From contig OZ316894.1 of the NCBI GenBank assembly GCA_973895155.1, positions 19,134,805 to 19,198,804 on the forward strand: a stretch of 64,000 bases of DNA. The letters run 5' to 3'. The translations under genes and the position numbers were made by a program. The stretch is from Marsupella aquatica (Eukaryota; Plantae; Marchantiophyta). Under the pieces are notes generated by a model, which searched no databases, was not told where the DNA came from, and saw only the letters and a list, made by a program, of their open reading frames with translations. This document shows, in pieces, positions 11,940 through 25,194 of this stretch (position 1 is the first letter of the stretch; every line of letters starts with the position of its first letter).

Positions 11940-14340
11940 TGCGCCATCAGAGCTCCGTCCATCCAGGATGAAGCGGTGGACTGGGGGTTTAGGGTTTAGC
12001 CAGGGTTCCGTCCATCCACCGTCTGTTTACTGTGAAACCGAGTGTGGCCTGTAAAATAACAGAGGGTGTGTACTCGCCACTGTAAAATAACCGAGGGTGT
12101 CCATTTGCTACTGTAAAACCGAGTGCTGTACTCTATATCAAGAGAGGGTGTCGTTTGCTACTGTAGAACCTACTGTTGTACTGTAAAATAACCCAGGGTG
12201 ACCGTTTGCAACTGTAAAACAGAGTGCTGCTCTGGAAAATAACAGAGGGTGTCCGCTTGCTACTGTAAAATGGCTGTGTACTGTGAAATAACTGAGGGTG
12301 TCCGTTTGCAACTGGAGGGTGTCCGCTTGCTACTGTACTGTAAAATCACTGAGGGAGTCTGTTTGCTACTGTAAAACCAAGTGCTGTACTGTAAAATAAC
12401 AGAGGGTGTCTGCTTGCTACTATAAAACGGCTGCTGTACTGTCAAATAACTGAGGGTGTCGGTTTGCTACTGTAAAACCAAGTGCTGTACTGCAATTAAC
12501 AGAGGGTGTCTTTGCACTGTAAAACCGAGTGCTGTACTGTAAAATAACAGAGGGTGTCGGTTGGCTACTGTAAAACCTAGTGCCGCACTGTCAAATAACA
12601 GAGGGTGTCTGTTTGCAACTGCGAAAATGAATGGTATACTGTAAACTATTAGAGTGTCTGCTTGCTATTTAAAACCATTTGCTGTACTGTGTAAAATAAC
12701 AGGGGGTTTCAACCGAGCCTGTTGTCAGTCTGTGACAGAGCTGCCAGGAGTGTTTATGGAGGGCTTTGCTTGCCAAAGTGAAAAATGTCCTGCCATTGTT
12801 CCCCTGCATTGCAAACCTGGCAACGGGCTTTGCTCGCCATAGCCAAAAATGTCCTCACATTATTCCCCTGCGTTGCAAACATGGCAGCCCGGCCCTGCCT
12901 TTCTCCCACTCTGCCCTCACACTCGATTGCCCCCTGCTCCAGACAGGGCTCCATCCATCTGGGATGAAGCCGTGGTTAGGGTTTGGTGCTGTCCGTCCAA
13001 TACCAGTTTGCTACTCTAGAGTGTGTCAACTGAAGTTGTTAGAGCACTAGGGTGTGTCAAAGCACAGCCATAACTCTCAGTTATGGCTCAAGACATAAGA
13101 CGCTTTTACAACCCGGACAAAATCACTATGGGTTACAGAAATACATATCCATAAGGGGGACATGTCCCAAAAAATAAAGCCTTAACACTTTGGTTACGGG
13201 AGAACTTTGACACACCTACTCCCACTGTTTTGCCAAACAGGGTGTCTGGGAGCATTTGTGGCAGGCTTGGCTCCACATTGCAAACAGGGCGCCCGACCCC
13301 ACCTTTTCCCAACTCCACCATGGCACTCTGTTTCCCCCTGCGCCACACTCTGTTTCCCCCTGCGCCAGCCCAAGCTCCGACCATCTGAGCTGAAGCGGTG
13401 GTTGGGGGTTTAGGGTTTAGCTAGGGTTTCATCCAGCCAGTGCCTATTTGGTTGCTATAAAACTGACAATTATACTATAGAATAACAAAGGATGCCAACT
13501 AAATCTGAACCATCTGTCAGTCTGGCAAACAGAGTAGTCTGGAGCATTTATGGTGGGCTTGGCTCACTAAGCCAAAATTGGCCTCCCCTGTTCCTTGCGT
13601 TGCAAACATGGCAAACCTGGCCCTGCCTTTTTCCCACTCTGCCCTAGCACTTGGTTGTCCCCTACACCAGCCATAGCTCTATCTGAACCAGTGGTTGGGG
13701 GTCATGGTTTAGCCAGAGTTCCGTCTACCTAGTGTCAGTTTGCTGCTGTAAAACTGAGTGCTACTATAATGTAACAAAGGGTGCCAACTGAACCTGTTAG
13801 AGCACTCCCCCTGGTTTGCCAACAGAGCTACTGAGAGAGTTGATGGCAGGCTTGAGTTGCCATGGCCAGAAATGGTCTCCCATTGTTCCCCTGCATTGCA
13901 AACACAGCAGCCTGGCCCTGCCATTTGCTCACCAGTCCCTGGCACTCTATGATGCCCTTCTCCAGCCAGAGCTCTTTCCATGAGGGCTAAAGTGGTGGTT
14001 GGGTTTATCCATCCAACGTCCAGTTGCTACTGTAAAACTGAACCTTTTGAAGCACTCCCACCAGCCTGCCAACACAGGGTGGTTGGGAGTGTCATGCCAG
14101 GCTTGGCTTGTCATAGCCAAAAATGGCCTCCCACCATGTCCCTGCATTGCAAGCATGGTGGCCCATTTTCCTAGTCTGCGTTGGCACTCTGTCATCCCCT
14201 ATGCCAGCCAGAGCTCCGTCCAACCGGGGCAATTCGGAGGTTGGGGATTTAGGTTTAGCCAGGGTTTGGTTTATCCTGCACCCATTTGCTGCTGTAAAAC
14301 TGAGTGCTGTACTACAGTGGTGTCATCTCGGTTTGCCCAG
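11940..14340. repeat. Higher-order satellite: ~250-300 bp units with an internally amplified ~50 bp subrepeat and telomere-like motifs
   Basis: The unit start GAGCTC(C/T).TC...G(C/T)GGT.G..GGGTTTAG(GGTTTAG) recurs at ~11950, 12945, 13372, 13675, 13968 and 14210. TTCCCCTGCATTGCAAAC is repeated in the units. From 12025 to 12720 the subunit TTGCTACTGTAAAAC.GAGTGCTGTACTGTAAAATAACAGAGGGTGTC is tandemly repeated more than 10 times. Confidence 0.9.
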
Positions 14341-14591
14341 AAATAAAATTATGAAAATGTTAGGCCTAAGTAACAAACTATTTTGTGGTCCTTGAGAAAC
14401 CTAGAAGTAATTTTGTTATGTAAATTTTGATAGTACTCTAAGGATCCTGGTTTAATCAAAAAACTCTGAGGTCAAAACAAAAAACATCTGAGACTTTCAA
14501 ATGTATTGTTTTATCGGATGTTGGAACATTATGGACAATAGTAGCCCTCATAACTCTACACTTGCTGAAGGCCTCTTTTTTGAGGGCATTA

Positions 14592-14943
14592 GAGCATCTC
14601 CAACCCAACTGGGTTTTGTTACTATACCTAACTGGGATTCATTGGAAGACTATCTGGATTTCAGGAAATGGGGTTTTTGGTTATTGGATCTATAGGTTTT
14701 TGGTTTTGGTTATATAGGAGAGATTATAGTTGACTCCTTACTAGGTTTGTTGCTGGGATTTCAAGATGGCAATCTAAGGATGCCATGTTGATACCTACTA
14801 TTTAGGGGAATTACCCTGTCAGGGTTGGGGCTGCTTTTCAGTTGGCCCCTAAAACCAAGTACAACAAACTAAATATAGGACTTTGTCAGACTGGGTATTT
14901 AATATACCCAAATAAGCAAAACCCGGTTGGATTGGAGGTGCTC
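14592..14943. mobile_element. Tourist-like (PIF/Harbinger) MITE
   Basis: ~27-bp TIRs: GAGCATCTCCAACCCAACTGGGTTTTG at the left, and the right end reads GAGCACCTCCAATCCAACCGGGTTTTG on the reverse strand. TTA target-site duplication at 14589-14591 and 14944-14946. Confidence 0.88.
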
Positions 14944-15471
14944 TTATAGCAGAGATGTCCAGTAAACAGTACTTTACCATACACCTAAAATTAGAAAAGG
15001 AAACTTATGAAGTGCATTAAATCACAGCTGCCCCTAAGTTCTTATTATAATGTGCACAGAATGGGCTTGAGCTCCACAAAAGGTGGTGAGTGCTTCACTT
15101 TTTATGTCACAAAATGAGGAGTAGTGAGGGAGTGAATGGGGCTTTTATGGGGGTAAGTGTGGTTTGAGTAATGTTCAGTAGGGTTTAAATGTTTCGATCG
15201 TTCACATTGTTTGCATTTTCATCTACTTGTTCACAGATGATGGTAGAACGCTTTCTGCTGGGTTTTACAATTCTCCTCGATTCTCCAGTGTCCATGCAAT
15301 TCGTTTTGTCGAGTGCCATTTTGTTCGATGGTCTTTCATCTGCTTCTGTAGGTTTTTGGATCGGCAACTCGATTCCTACGATTCGTCCTCGATGAATTTT
15401 CTCAGATGCACCATTGAGCTGAGCCTCTGGAGGATTCCTGCCCTCCATCTCGGAAGAAGTCTACAGAGTTC

Positions 15472-15549
15472 CTCAAAGCATTTCGAAGTGGTCAAATATT
15501 GCGAATGTGCTCAAAGCATTTCGAAGTGGTCAAATATTGCGAATGTGCT
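15472..15549. repeat. Perfect 38-bp tandem duplication upstream of RPC3
   Basis: CTCAAAGCATTTCGAAGTGGTCAAATATTGCGAATGTG at 15472-15509 and 15510-15547. Confidence 0.9.
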
Positions 15550-15799
15550 TGACTGCTGATTGCTGAAATTTGAGAGCAAGTCTTCCATGCAGGCAAATAG
15601 AGTTTGGAGGAACGTGGCAAATAGAGTCTTCCATGCAGGCAAATCGCCGTGATGGACAATGCGTTGAATTTCCAGGGGTTTTGGACGGGCGACAAGTTCG
15701 GCTTAGGAATTTAAATGAAGGTTTCAGGTAAATGGAGAAATCCTTCTTTTCGTGTTGAAAAGAAGCTTTTGCCAATCAATAAAAACCGTAGAGAGATCA

Positions 15800-15807
15800 A
15801 AACCCTA
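15800..15807 (+). promoter_or_regulatory. Candidate telo-box (AAACCCTA) ~60 bp upstream of the RPC3 ATG
   Basis: Exact motif match. Telo-boxes are enriched near the transcription start of plant growth and translation-machinery genes, but a single 8-mer is weak evidence. Confidence 0.35.
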
Positions 15808-15868
15808 GAGAGATTCGGAGAAATCCTTTCCATCGCTAATTTTGCCTGCAAAGTGGTATGGTTGAGCA

Positions 15869-17533
15869 ATGGCGATGCAGCATAGGTGTAAACTTGCCTG
15901 CCACCTGATCAGCACCCACTTCGGCGAATTGGTGGAGAAGGTTTGCAGTTGCTTGATCTACAAAGGTCCGCTAGCTCTTCCGGAAATCGCTCGATATACA
16001 GAACTGAATCCCGGTCAGCTCCGCAACTGCCTCCTTGTTCTGGTTCAACATAATTGTGTTCAGGGCTACAAAGTCGAGCACGAAGCCATCGGACAGGCTG
16101 GTCCGAAGGTATCCACCTCTTACATTGCTATTGTCAACAACATTCTTCACAGGGTGCGATTTCCCAAGTTTCTTGTAACTGTTCGTGATGAAATTGGAGA
16201 CGAGACTGAGTCTTTATTAGAAGGTCTGCTGGAGCATGGGAGGCTGACTTTGGAGCAAGTAATACAAAGGGCTGCTGCACGACAGGGCAAAGCGGAAGCA
16301 GAGGTGGAAACACTCCAGAAGCAAACCTTTGCAGCTCTTGTGCGCTCACACTATATCGAACGCTGTCCTTCATCGGAGCCCAATGTGGCTCCCAAGTCTA
16401 TTGAGCCACCCAAAAAGGTACCACGGGGAACATCAAAGGCTAAAAGCATCAAGGAGGCAGTAAAGCTTCTTGAAAGTGAAGAACGGAGGATTCTCAATGC
16501 TGCGTCTGTACTCGACACAGAGCGGTTTCGGATGCCATCTTCTCTGGAAGAAGTGGGAGAAACAAACTCTGACGAACCCATGACAGAGCCTGTGGGTGCA
16601 GCGGGGCAGAAAAGAAAGCGAGATGCATTGGACATGGATGCAAAGACTATGGCCCTTATTGATGAGAAAGAGGTGTTGTGGCGTGCTAATTACGACGAGC
16701 TCATTCGCAAACTGAGACACCAGGCTTGTGTAGCTCAAGTCAAAGCAAGGATAGATTCTACAGCAGGTGTAGTGCTGGAGGCAATGCTGGAAAGTACGAG
16801 TCAGGAAACTAGGTACAGGCAGCAAACTTCTGTTTCCCTTTCCATGCCCGTAATCATGGAGGCAGTGACAAGAACTCCAGAGGGTCGCACTATGACAATG
16901 GAACGCATTCGTGGGGCTCTGCATCAGATGTCCTCGGAATCCACAGGTTTCTTGAGCAAGTTTGGTGATGGTGGGAGCAGCTATGTCATCAATATCCACA
17001 AAATCGTTGAACTTGCACGACGAAATGAGGTTGAGGGTATAGTGCTACAACGATTTGGACGCGAATGTTGTCGTATTTACAGACTTCTTATGATGAAGGG
17101 TCAAATGGAACAAAAGCAGATTGCAGGAATGGCCATGGTGCAGCTTAAAAGTGCCAGGGAGCTACTGTACAGGTTATTGAAGGAGCAGTATGTTATAGTT
17201 CAGGAGGTTGCAAAGACAGCGGAGCATTCTGCACAAAAATCATTTTACTTGTGGAATATAAACTGGCAAACTGTACAAGACCTAGTGCTAGACGACATGT
17301 ATCATGCTGCAGCAAACTTGGGGCAACGCCTTGCACAGGAGCTGGAACAAGAACAAGAGGTATTGGAACTTCTAAAACAAATCCAAGCTGCCAAGGCAGC
17401 TGGGGCAGAGAGTCATGTTACTCTGACTCAACGCCAACATGAGCAAGTGAAGCGGATCCGAGGTGTAGCTTCTGTGCTTGAATCTTCTTTGCTGCACCTT
17501 GACGATGCCATCCTGTTGTTTCATGATTTCTAG
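15869..17533 (+). CDS. RPC3: DNA-directed RNA polymerase III subunit RPC3 (RPC82/POLR3C family), intronless
   Basis: 554-aa uninterrupted ORF with N-terminal HFGELVEKVCSCL..KG.L...LRNCLLVLVQHNCV winged helix, RVRFPKF, LLEHGRLT, WRANYD, RFGRECCRIYRLL and KSFYLWNIN, all characteristic of RPC3. Confidence 0.92.
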   Translation: MAMQHRCKLACHLISTHFGELVEKVCSCLIYKGPLALPEIARYTELNPGQLRNCLLVLVQHNCVQGYKVEHEAIGQAGPKVSTSYIAIVNNILHRVRFPKFLVTVRDEIGDETESLLEGLLEHGRLTLEQVIQRAAARQGKAEAEVETLQKQTFAALVRSHYIERCPSSEPNVAPKSIEPPKKVPRGTSKAKSIKEAVKLLESEERRILNAASVLDTERFRMPSSLEEVGETNSDEPMTEPVGAAGQKRKRDALDMDAKTMALIDEKEVLWRANYDELIRKLRHQACVAQVKARIDSTAGVVLEAMLESTSQETRYRQQTSVSLSMPVIMEAVTRTPEGRTMTMERIRGALHQMSSESTGFLSKFGDGGSSYVINIHKIVELARRNEVEGIVLQRFGRECCRIYRLLMMKGQMEQKQIAGMAMVQLKSARELLYRLLKEQYVIVQEVAKTAEHSAQKSFYLWNINWQTVQDLVLDDMYHAAANLGQRLAQELEQEQEVLELLKQIQAAKAAGAESHVTLTQRQHEQVKRIRGVASVLESSLLHLDDAILLFHDF

Positions 17534-19590
17534 TGATTTCCGGTCATGAAGATTGATCCGTTAAATCAGAGGACGCGGGGCTTAGTTCGAGTCAAACTGC
17601 TCCACTCCCGCTTGCTGAATGTCTCTCACAGTTCTCGGAAGAAATATGTACACTTCTCAATGGACAGATGCATGCTGCTTGACGAATTCTTCCCTGGCTG
17701 AATTTGGGCTGTTAGGGAGAAACGTTTACAAATTCGATTCTGAAGAATGTTTACAAAGATCATGACAAATAGACAGTAAAATTGGAGGGTCATAGCTTTC
17801 GTGTAGCTGTCTTCCACATTTTTTGCAAAGCTCCACAATCGGAAAACCAAATTGGTTCAGCTATAACTTTAGGAACTTTGTTGCTTTATAGCGATGTACT
17901 CAAGACTTGAACAAGATTTAAAGACAGTTCCAACGTTTCCCAGCAAGGTTTACCTTCTGTAATACTGGGTGCTCATGGAATTCTGGGAGACAAGAAGTGA
18001 TAATCTAGAAGTGGGATTTTTGGAGTGGAATTGTGATGTATATATCTCTTACGAGCTATGTGTGTTGGCCTCGTGCAGTTTTGGCCTCTTTGTTTACCTA
18101 AGAGTTCTCAAGTGATCCTCATAAGTATATAATTCTTGTACAACCTTCGAGTAAACTTATGTTCTGTCCACAACAATCGTCATAATAAGTATCTTATCCA
18201 ATCCTTTCATTGTCGGTTTCTTGCGATACCTGCCTCCTTTCTGATTTGTCTACTGATAGAGGTATTGTGATTCAATTCATTCTTATCTTGAGATATTCAC
18301 AACGCGATTGAGAGTGCCTGCTTCCACTCAAGTCTGGATGTGGTCCTCCATCGCCACGATTATAATCGGATGTTTTGTCCTTAGTTAACTCTTGTCATTC
18401 TGCTATGACTCAGTCTGCCCGAAGCTAAGCATCCGGTTTCTTTCCTCACCTTGTCATTATCTATTAGGCTATCTTACAGTTGCGGTACAATGCTTGTTAC
18501 TTCATCTTCCGATGAGCACGTGGTGTGTTTCTCGTTGATCTCTGGAGATGGGTCAAGCTTTAACTCCCAGCATGATTAAATCCTATGGTGCGCGTTCTTC
18601 CTAACGGGGGCAGATGCGGAAGGAACTCGTGCCAAGGGTTCGGCCATCCCTCAGGGAAATTCCCCATGATGTGTCAAGGCCAAAATTGATTTGTTGTTGC
18701 ACAAGACACTTGTAGGCCAAATAACGGGCCCTGTTCAGATGGGACAACTAGCAATTCAATTCGAATTCTTGAAATCCAATTCCGAAATGAAAGAGTCAAC
18801 GTGGGGATCGACTTAGAGAGGCAAGGAGATTATTGAAAAGGCAAACGACAAAAGGAACTTGGCTTCACTGGCTGAAAACTGATATAGAAAAAGCACTGCA
18901 TCATCGTTTATGATACTGTACTAAGTATCCCACAAAACATCGAGTACATAGGTGGGAGGTGCCTTGGACAATGATGAGAAGGTAAGTAGGAAACTCCATT
19001 AGGGGGATGGGTGGAGAAGCAATTCAAATTGAATATTCCATCCCAAATAGCCATCCCAAATCACCTTTTCTTTTAGTTAAATGAAATATTGATGACTTTC
19101 AAGAAAAAGAAGGCGTGCGAGGTCGGCTGCCTGCTTCCTCATCCAAATCATGTTCCACACCTCGTGAAGAAGCGCTGCCAGCCACCACAGTAGGTGACGT
19201 CCGCACAGCCGCTTCAAAAATCGATGGCACGAGCTCTCTATGCTTAAGTATATGGGCCATAACGAGATGATCCTTCAAACGAAATGATCTTCTTCCAGTG
19301 TCAGTAGTTAGTCGCTGGTTATTGATTTTCGCACTTTTCTAATCTTCAAATTATTGATCGAATGTGCATCGGACCTAATCACACTCAGTTCGTTTGGTGA
19401 GTTGGGACGTGATTGGCAATAATGTGGTTGCGACACTGATAGGCCCAGTCTAAAGGATTGGCTGCACTGAGCGAACGCAGCGCATCCGAGAGCTGAGTGG
19501 AACAGATCTGACTTGTTTGGTAAGAGCTGCGAATCCAAACTACTTTCGGAAGGGCATCGATCGGGCAAGGCCATAGGGAGGAGAGGTGAT

Positions 19591-22359
19591 ATGGCTCTGC
19601 GGCCGCAGATAATTTTGTTTGGGGACTCGATCACCCAGAAGTCATTCAGCACCGATGGATGGGGGGCGCATTTAGCCGCTCAATACGCGCGTAAGGTAAT
19701 TCGTCGCAACTCAACGAACCATATATGCGCAATGTGTTAATTTTGTTCAGTCGTTAGCTGCTCAACATTTGAGAGAGAGGGCATCTTCATGAACTCTGTC
19801 GAAAGAGATCTATTGCGGTCTAGGCACAAATTTTTGGAGACACTCTTCTGCACCAATTGTTCGAGGATTTTGATTTTGCCCTCAAGAAAACTAACGCCAA
19901 CCGAAGAGTTCTGTTGCCCTTCAGGCAATAATTTCTGGAGGCACTCTTCTGAATTGGTTCGAAGATTCTTACTTTGCCCTCAAGAAAACTAATGTCAACC
20001 GCAGGGATCTGTTTCGGTCTAGGCACAAATTTCTGGATACACTCTACTGCACCAGTGATTTGAAGATTCTGATTTTGCCCTCAAGAAAACTCACGTCAAT
20101 AGGAAAACTGTACCTGCACCAAATCACACTGTCCTAAATTTCCATTGGTCGGGATGTCCTTCCCACTCGTCAGTCTCTAATATGGGGCAGCATGAGCCAA
20201 AAGGAAGCCCTCCTTTTGTTTGCAAGCAGCTGAATGTATGAGTGTTTGAATACCATTGGCCACAGTAGCATTTTGATTAAGACTTCGTTCGCCTTGTTTT
20301 CTATCTCTCTGCTTTCCTACTTAGTTCCCGATACTTTTGTGCCACGTCTACTGTCCTTCAGCTTTTTTTACCTATTTTGTTCCTTAGTATCGTCGGGAGG
20401 TCCATTATGCAGCTCATAGTGAGACTGGCTATTCAAGTACCATCGGGGCATCCACGAGTCAAGTTGCAGTCCAATTTGTGGAGTTTCCTAAGTCTGTATC
20501 CTGGGACGTCACGGGTTTAGTGTCCAAAAGGGATCACAAAGACCACATCGAACAAAATATATGGTCACAGCTGTGAAGATGCCTGTGTGGTGAATGATGA
20601 TGTGCAGGTTGATGTGGTGCTTCGAGGATATAGTGGATACAACACACGTTGGGCTACCTATCTTTTGAATAAAATTTTCCCCATTGTACGTTTGCATTTC
20701 CTCTATTTAGTTAACAGGGAGAAGGTCTTGTACGCTTACTAGCATCCAGCATCTTGAAAACCTCTATCATAAGATCAATGGAATGCATGTTTTGTGTGCG
20801 AAGCAACTCCATCTTGAACACCGTTTCTCATCTTGAAAACCTCAGTTACCTCCACCCCCAAAAAAACATAGGTTACTGTTACTCACGAAAAGACTAAACT
20901 TCAACTATTCTGTCGTAACATCCCTGCAGCCTTCCGCAAATCCTCCTCTATTGGTGACTGTGTTCTTCGGTGCAAATGATGCTGCACTGCCAGATAGAGT
21001 CTCCAAGGATGCACATGTTCCACTTACTGAATACATTGAAAATCTCCATCGAATTGTTTCTCATTTGAAGGTAAAGAGCCGAAGATCAATGGAACGCTTA
21101 TTTTGTGTGGGAAGACTTCTCTATCAGTTTTTCTGGTACTACATTGGGCCCTCGATGCCCATGAAAGATCGGGGTTAATTGGTAATTTAGGCTGGTATTT
21201 GTTCTGAATGAAAAAGTACGCTTTATCTTGAATGAAACAATGGAGCATCCATGATCGTAATGTCGTGAAGATGTGCTTGCGGTTTATGTCGGGTTTGTTA
21301 TTTGTGTTTCCAAGAGCCAAACACTTCTAAGAGTAGTCGCAAGGCTTATCTTTTGTTAGAGTATCTTGAAGGGATAACATATTAACCTTCCAGGGAGAGG
21401 GACCTAAAGTCAAGCATTCCGAATTTTATTGATTGTTTCTTTCTGTGGACTGCAGAAGCAGTCAAGCTCCACTCATATTGTTCTCATCACCCCTCCACCA
21501 GTGGACATCAAAGGGCGTCAAGTGTATGCAAGGTAGAGAATTCAATATTGTGCTCTATTTGTATGTTACTTCAAACTGCATTTATGGGTCGTAAGCGTAC
21601 TCATCATGAACTTTTGCTCAGGTCTCGTTATGGAGATAAAGCCGACCCACTTCCCGAGCGCACAAATGAAGCAACGAGACTCTATGCAGAGGCTTGTGTG
21701 AACGTCGCAAAGGACACGGGTGCAAGTGTATTGAATATTTGGTCCATATTCCAGCAAACCGTTAATTGGGAAGAGATATTCCTCTGGTATGTGCCTGCCT
21801 GGCTGTCTCGTGAGAAATAAGAAGCTCCTGCACATGTCAGCCAAATTCTTTTTCTAAAATACAGCATATCTGGAATTTTGTGCTCGCCTGTGCTCGAAGG
21901 CGCAAACTTAAAGTCACATTCTACTGCATTCCTTTTCCTCTGCAAAATATGACATATTGAACCCGGTTGCAGTGTTGATATGTTCGTGTGAAGGCTCTTG
22001 CACAACTTTCTTGCCGTGCATGAATCTACTTACTTGAATGAAAACTGTGATGTAAGGGATCGAGCAACAAAATAATCTTGATGATGTAACGAAGTATTGT
22101 CCCAGAGTCCGAGTAGAAAAGAACATCATAACTGCGAAGGGCTGCTAGGCTTATGCAAGTCCTTTATTGATCCATGTATTTGTTGTGCAGTGACGGGCTC
22201 CACCTGACTCCTGAGGGGAATGTAAGGTTATTTGAGGAGCTTCGAAATCTTCTTGAAGGACTGGGTTTACAGTGGGACAAACTTCCCTGGGACTTCCCGG
22301 AACCCATAGATGTTGATAAGGAAAACCCTGCCAAAAGTTTTGAAGCCTTTCTGAACTAG
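19591..22359 (+). CDS. SGNH/GDSL esterase, isoamyl acetate-hydrolysing esterase IAH1-like (244 aa)
   Basis: Exons 19591-19695, 20608-20685, 20930-21070, 21456-21532, 21622-21786 and 22191-22359 (all GT-AG, total 735 nt, frame preserved). SGNH blocks: FGDSITQ (Ser), RGYSGYNTRW (Gly), FFGANDA (Asn), DGLH (Asp/His). Confidence 0.93.
19800..20100. repeat. Three ~95-110 bp tandem copies in intron 1 of the esterase gene
   Basis: AGGCA(C)AA..T.TGGA..CACTCT.CTG...GA.GATT.T.A.TTTGCCCTCAAGAAAACT.A.G.CAA occurs three times. Confidence 0.8.
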
Positions 22360-23514
22360 GACTCATCAAAATAATGTCTCAGGGACATGAAAGCTTATCC
22401 AGCTTCGCTTTAATGTTTTGTCTCAAATGCTCCAAAGCAGCAAACAATTAGACAAAACCCATTAAATTTCCTTCAGAGAAAAGGATTCTGGGGGAGCTTT
22501 TGCAAAATGTTCAAAGTCAATCGATGAAGTCAGTCTGTCAAGTTTTGAAGTCCATTGGAGAAGCCCTGCTTCTTTGGAAGAATTATAACCGATTAAAAGA
22601 ATGAGATTCAGTACTATATCTAGTAAAACTGCATCGTTCCCTGTTAGTACCTGACCTCGCCCACCAACTATGCAATCTGCTTTGTTCTCATTCAACACGT
22701 ATAGCAACGACCCCGATATGACCAGTTTTTATGGTCAAAGGTGAAGTTGATAGTCACCTTGATAATTGCTGATTGCAACAAAGAACACGAATTGTTCATG
22801 GTCCATTGAACTTGTATTGGGTCAATTGTGGACCTTTTACCTTCGGCTGTGATGAGACTCGAGTGTAGACACTAGAAAATGACACACGTTTGTTAGACAT
22901 CGCCAAGAAGTTCCAGGTGGGAGGCCCGACGCAGGACCTGGTGAAATGCTCTTGATTTCCTTCTTACTTTGATCACGACCCATATAACGTTTCTGATGAG
23001 CTCTCTTCCTTCCATCTGCTCCTCTCCGACACTTGCCAGTTGCCTACATGTTGAGATAATAGTTGTTGGTAATTATTTTTCTTCTCGCACAGCCAACTTG
23101 GGTTCATATGGCAAGGTAAATTACGAAAGCAATTCATAAAATAGCTAACCTTATCCTGAATCCAGTATAGTGAAAATCTAACTCCTTGCTTTTCCTCCCT
23201 GGGTTTCTAGATTGAGCTTTTGCCAGGGGCACATCTCCAACTGGAAATTGCTTTAATGCCTGTGGTCTCGGGACCCTCCATGTGAGGAACAACCCTGGAT
23301 ATGATTCCTAGCCCAGGTGATGTTGGTCCTTCAATACATTGTTTTGTTTTTTTAAGGGGAAACTGCCTTGCAGAGCAAGGTTCCAATAAAATGTTGTACA
23401 CACGTCTTCCAGAGGCTTTCCAAAGTTGGTTTACTAGAAGAAACCATATTGTCAATGCACTTTGTACAAAGCAATTATTGTTTTCCACATCACGTGTCTG
23501 TTTGGCACATTCCA

Positions 23515-23599
23515 TAAAATAAAATACGACTCATGCCAGATTTGTGAAAGTAAAATAAAATACGAATCATGCCAGATTTGTGAAAGTAAAATAAAATAC
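23515..23599. repeat. 36-bp tandem duplication (2.4 copies)
   Basis: TAAAATAAAATACGA(C/A)TCATGCCAGATTTGTGAAAG at 23515 and 23551, partial copy at 23587. Confidence 0.85.
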
Positions 23600-25194
23600 T
23601 GTTTTCGTAAGCTTGCTTGTGTGTACATTTACATGGTGGAGTTCATAAGTGGGGAAGGAAATGGGGAGCAGCAAGTGTCAAGCAGACCGTATAACCTGCA
23701 TACCAAAACATAAAATGAGGCGTGCCTCTTTTTCTTTCTTCGTTGTTTGTTCTTGTTTTTAGGGGGAGGGGGAAGCGTGCCTCTTATTCTTTGGTATTTA
23801 AATGTCACGGGTCTTTCTTCCTTACACTTCTGGAGAAAGGAGAGTTGTTGTAGAATTATGATGGACAATTTGAACTTCACCTAGCACAGTTTTAATTTAC
23901 TTTTTCTGTGACTTCCTGTGGACAGTTTTCAGAACAGCAACCCTGACTAACTATTATCATTTTGCCTTGAAAGCATTGTTCACTGACAAATAAAACTCCT
24001 TAACAAAGAACAGATCACACACAAAACAGGGGACCACCCGGCCCAGCCATTGAGGGGACCAAGTGGGAACACTCAACATAACGGCTAGTCATACAAAATT
24101 GATCATGCCCGTCATATGGGCCTGCTTCAATATCATACAATAAGGGGGCTTTACAAGATCTCAGAGGTCGGTCTGTTTTTCTAAGTCCAAATGTGGCAAC
24201 GGCCTATACTTCACTGTAAATGAACTTGGGGGCACCATCTGGCAAAGCCATTCCTGATTATAATCACCTGCTAGTAGGCACTTTTTTGCTGATGTTTTTG
24301 TTTTATCAATACTTAGGCCACCTCTAAAGAACCGCTTGGGTCCATTTCTATTCAGGATCTTGCTTTTATTTTCTCCAGACCTGACACATCTTGCCTCCAG
24401 CATTTCAAGTCTAGTATATGCAATAAATCTCATGTTTGCAATCTAAATTTGCAATGGGTGAACAGTGACAATATGTGGATCTGAGTTCTGGTAAAGCCCC
24501 CTTAAGTAGACACGACTTTATAAACAGAAAGCCTTGCTCTTCTGCACAACTCACGATCAATCTTCTTTAATACTAACCCGAGTACCTGATCTTTCAACAA
24601 TAATAGAGGTGAGGATAAAAAAGTGCCTCTTTGACAACATAGAGCCATAAGGTCACAGAGCTATATATGTGGACTTCAACTCCAATGCGGCTCAGATTGA
24701 TCCCGCCTCTCAAGTTCAAGCTCAAAGTCTCCACATTGCTGCTGTTCTCCCGGCTCTTCTACAAAGATTGAGATTTTTCTTCAGTCAAAATTGTTTGCAT
24801 CATAAAGTTAACATGTTGACCCTTGATGACATCAGCTGACCAAAGCTTCTTCAAGTAGTTGAAGAAGAGCTGGCCATTTCACCATAGCCTCCACAACAGC
24901 TGACCTTTTCAGAAGCGGCCTCACTAATCCAATGGCTCCCTCCACAGGGCGGGCCCAGGCAGCTGCATTCCATCCACTCTCTTCACAGGCGCCCTATTTT
25001 CAAAGCGGCACAATTTCCACATAGTTACTCCCCTCCCCTCCCCTTCCCCCTCCCCCATCCCTTTTTTTCAACCCCACCCAAAATTCAATTACCACCCTCT
25101 AAGTCACAGTTTACAGGCTTCAGTCTATACCGTAGCCCTTTAAAGTAGTTCTGCATTGCACTTCAATAGTAAGATCTTGTTGCCTCAACCCTGG

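Noticed and set aside
17565-17612. tRNA suggested by GTTCGAGTC
   Set aside because: No acceptor stem, D arm or anticodon arm can be built.
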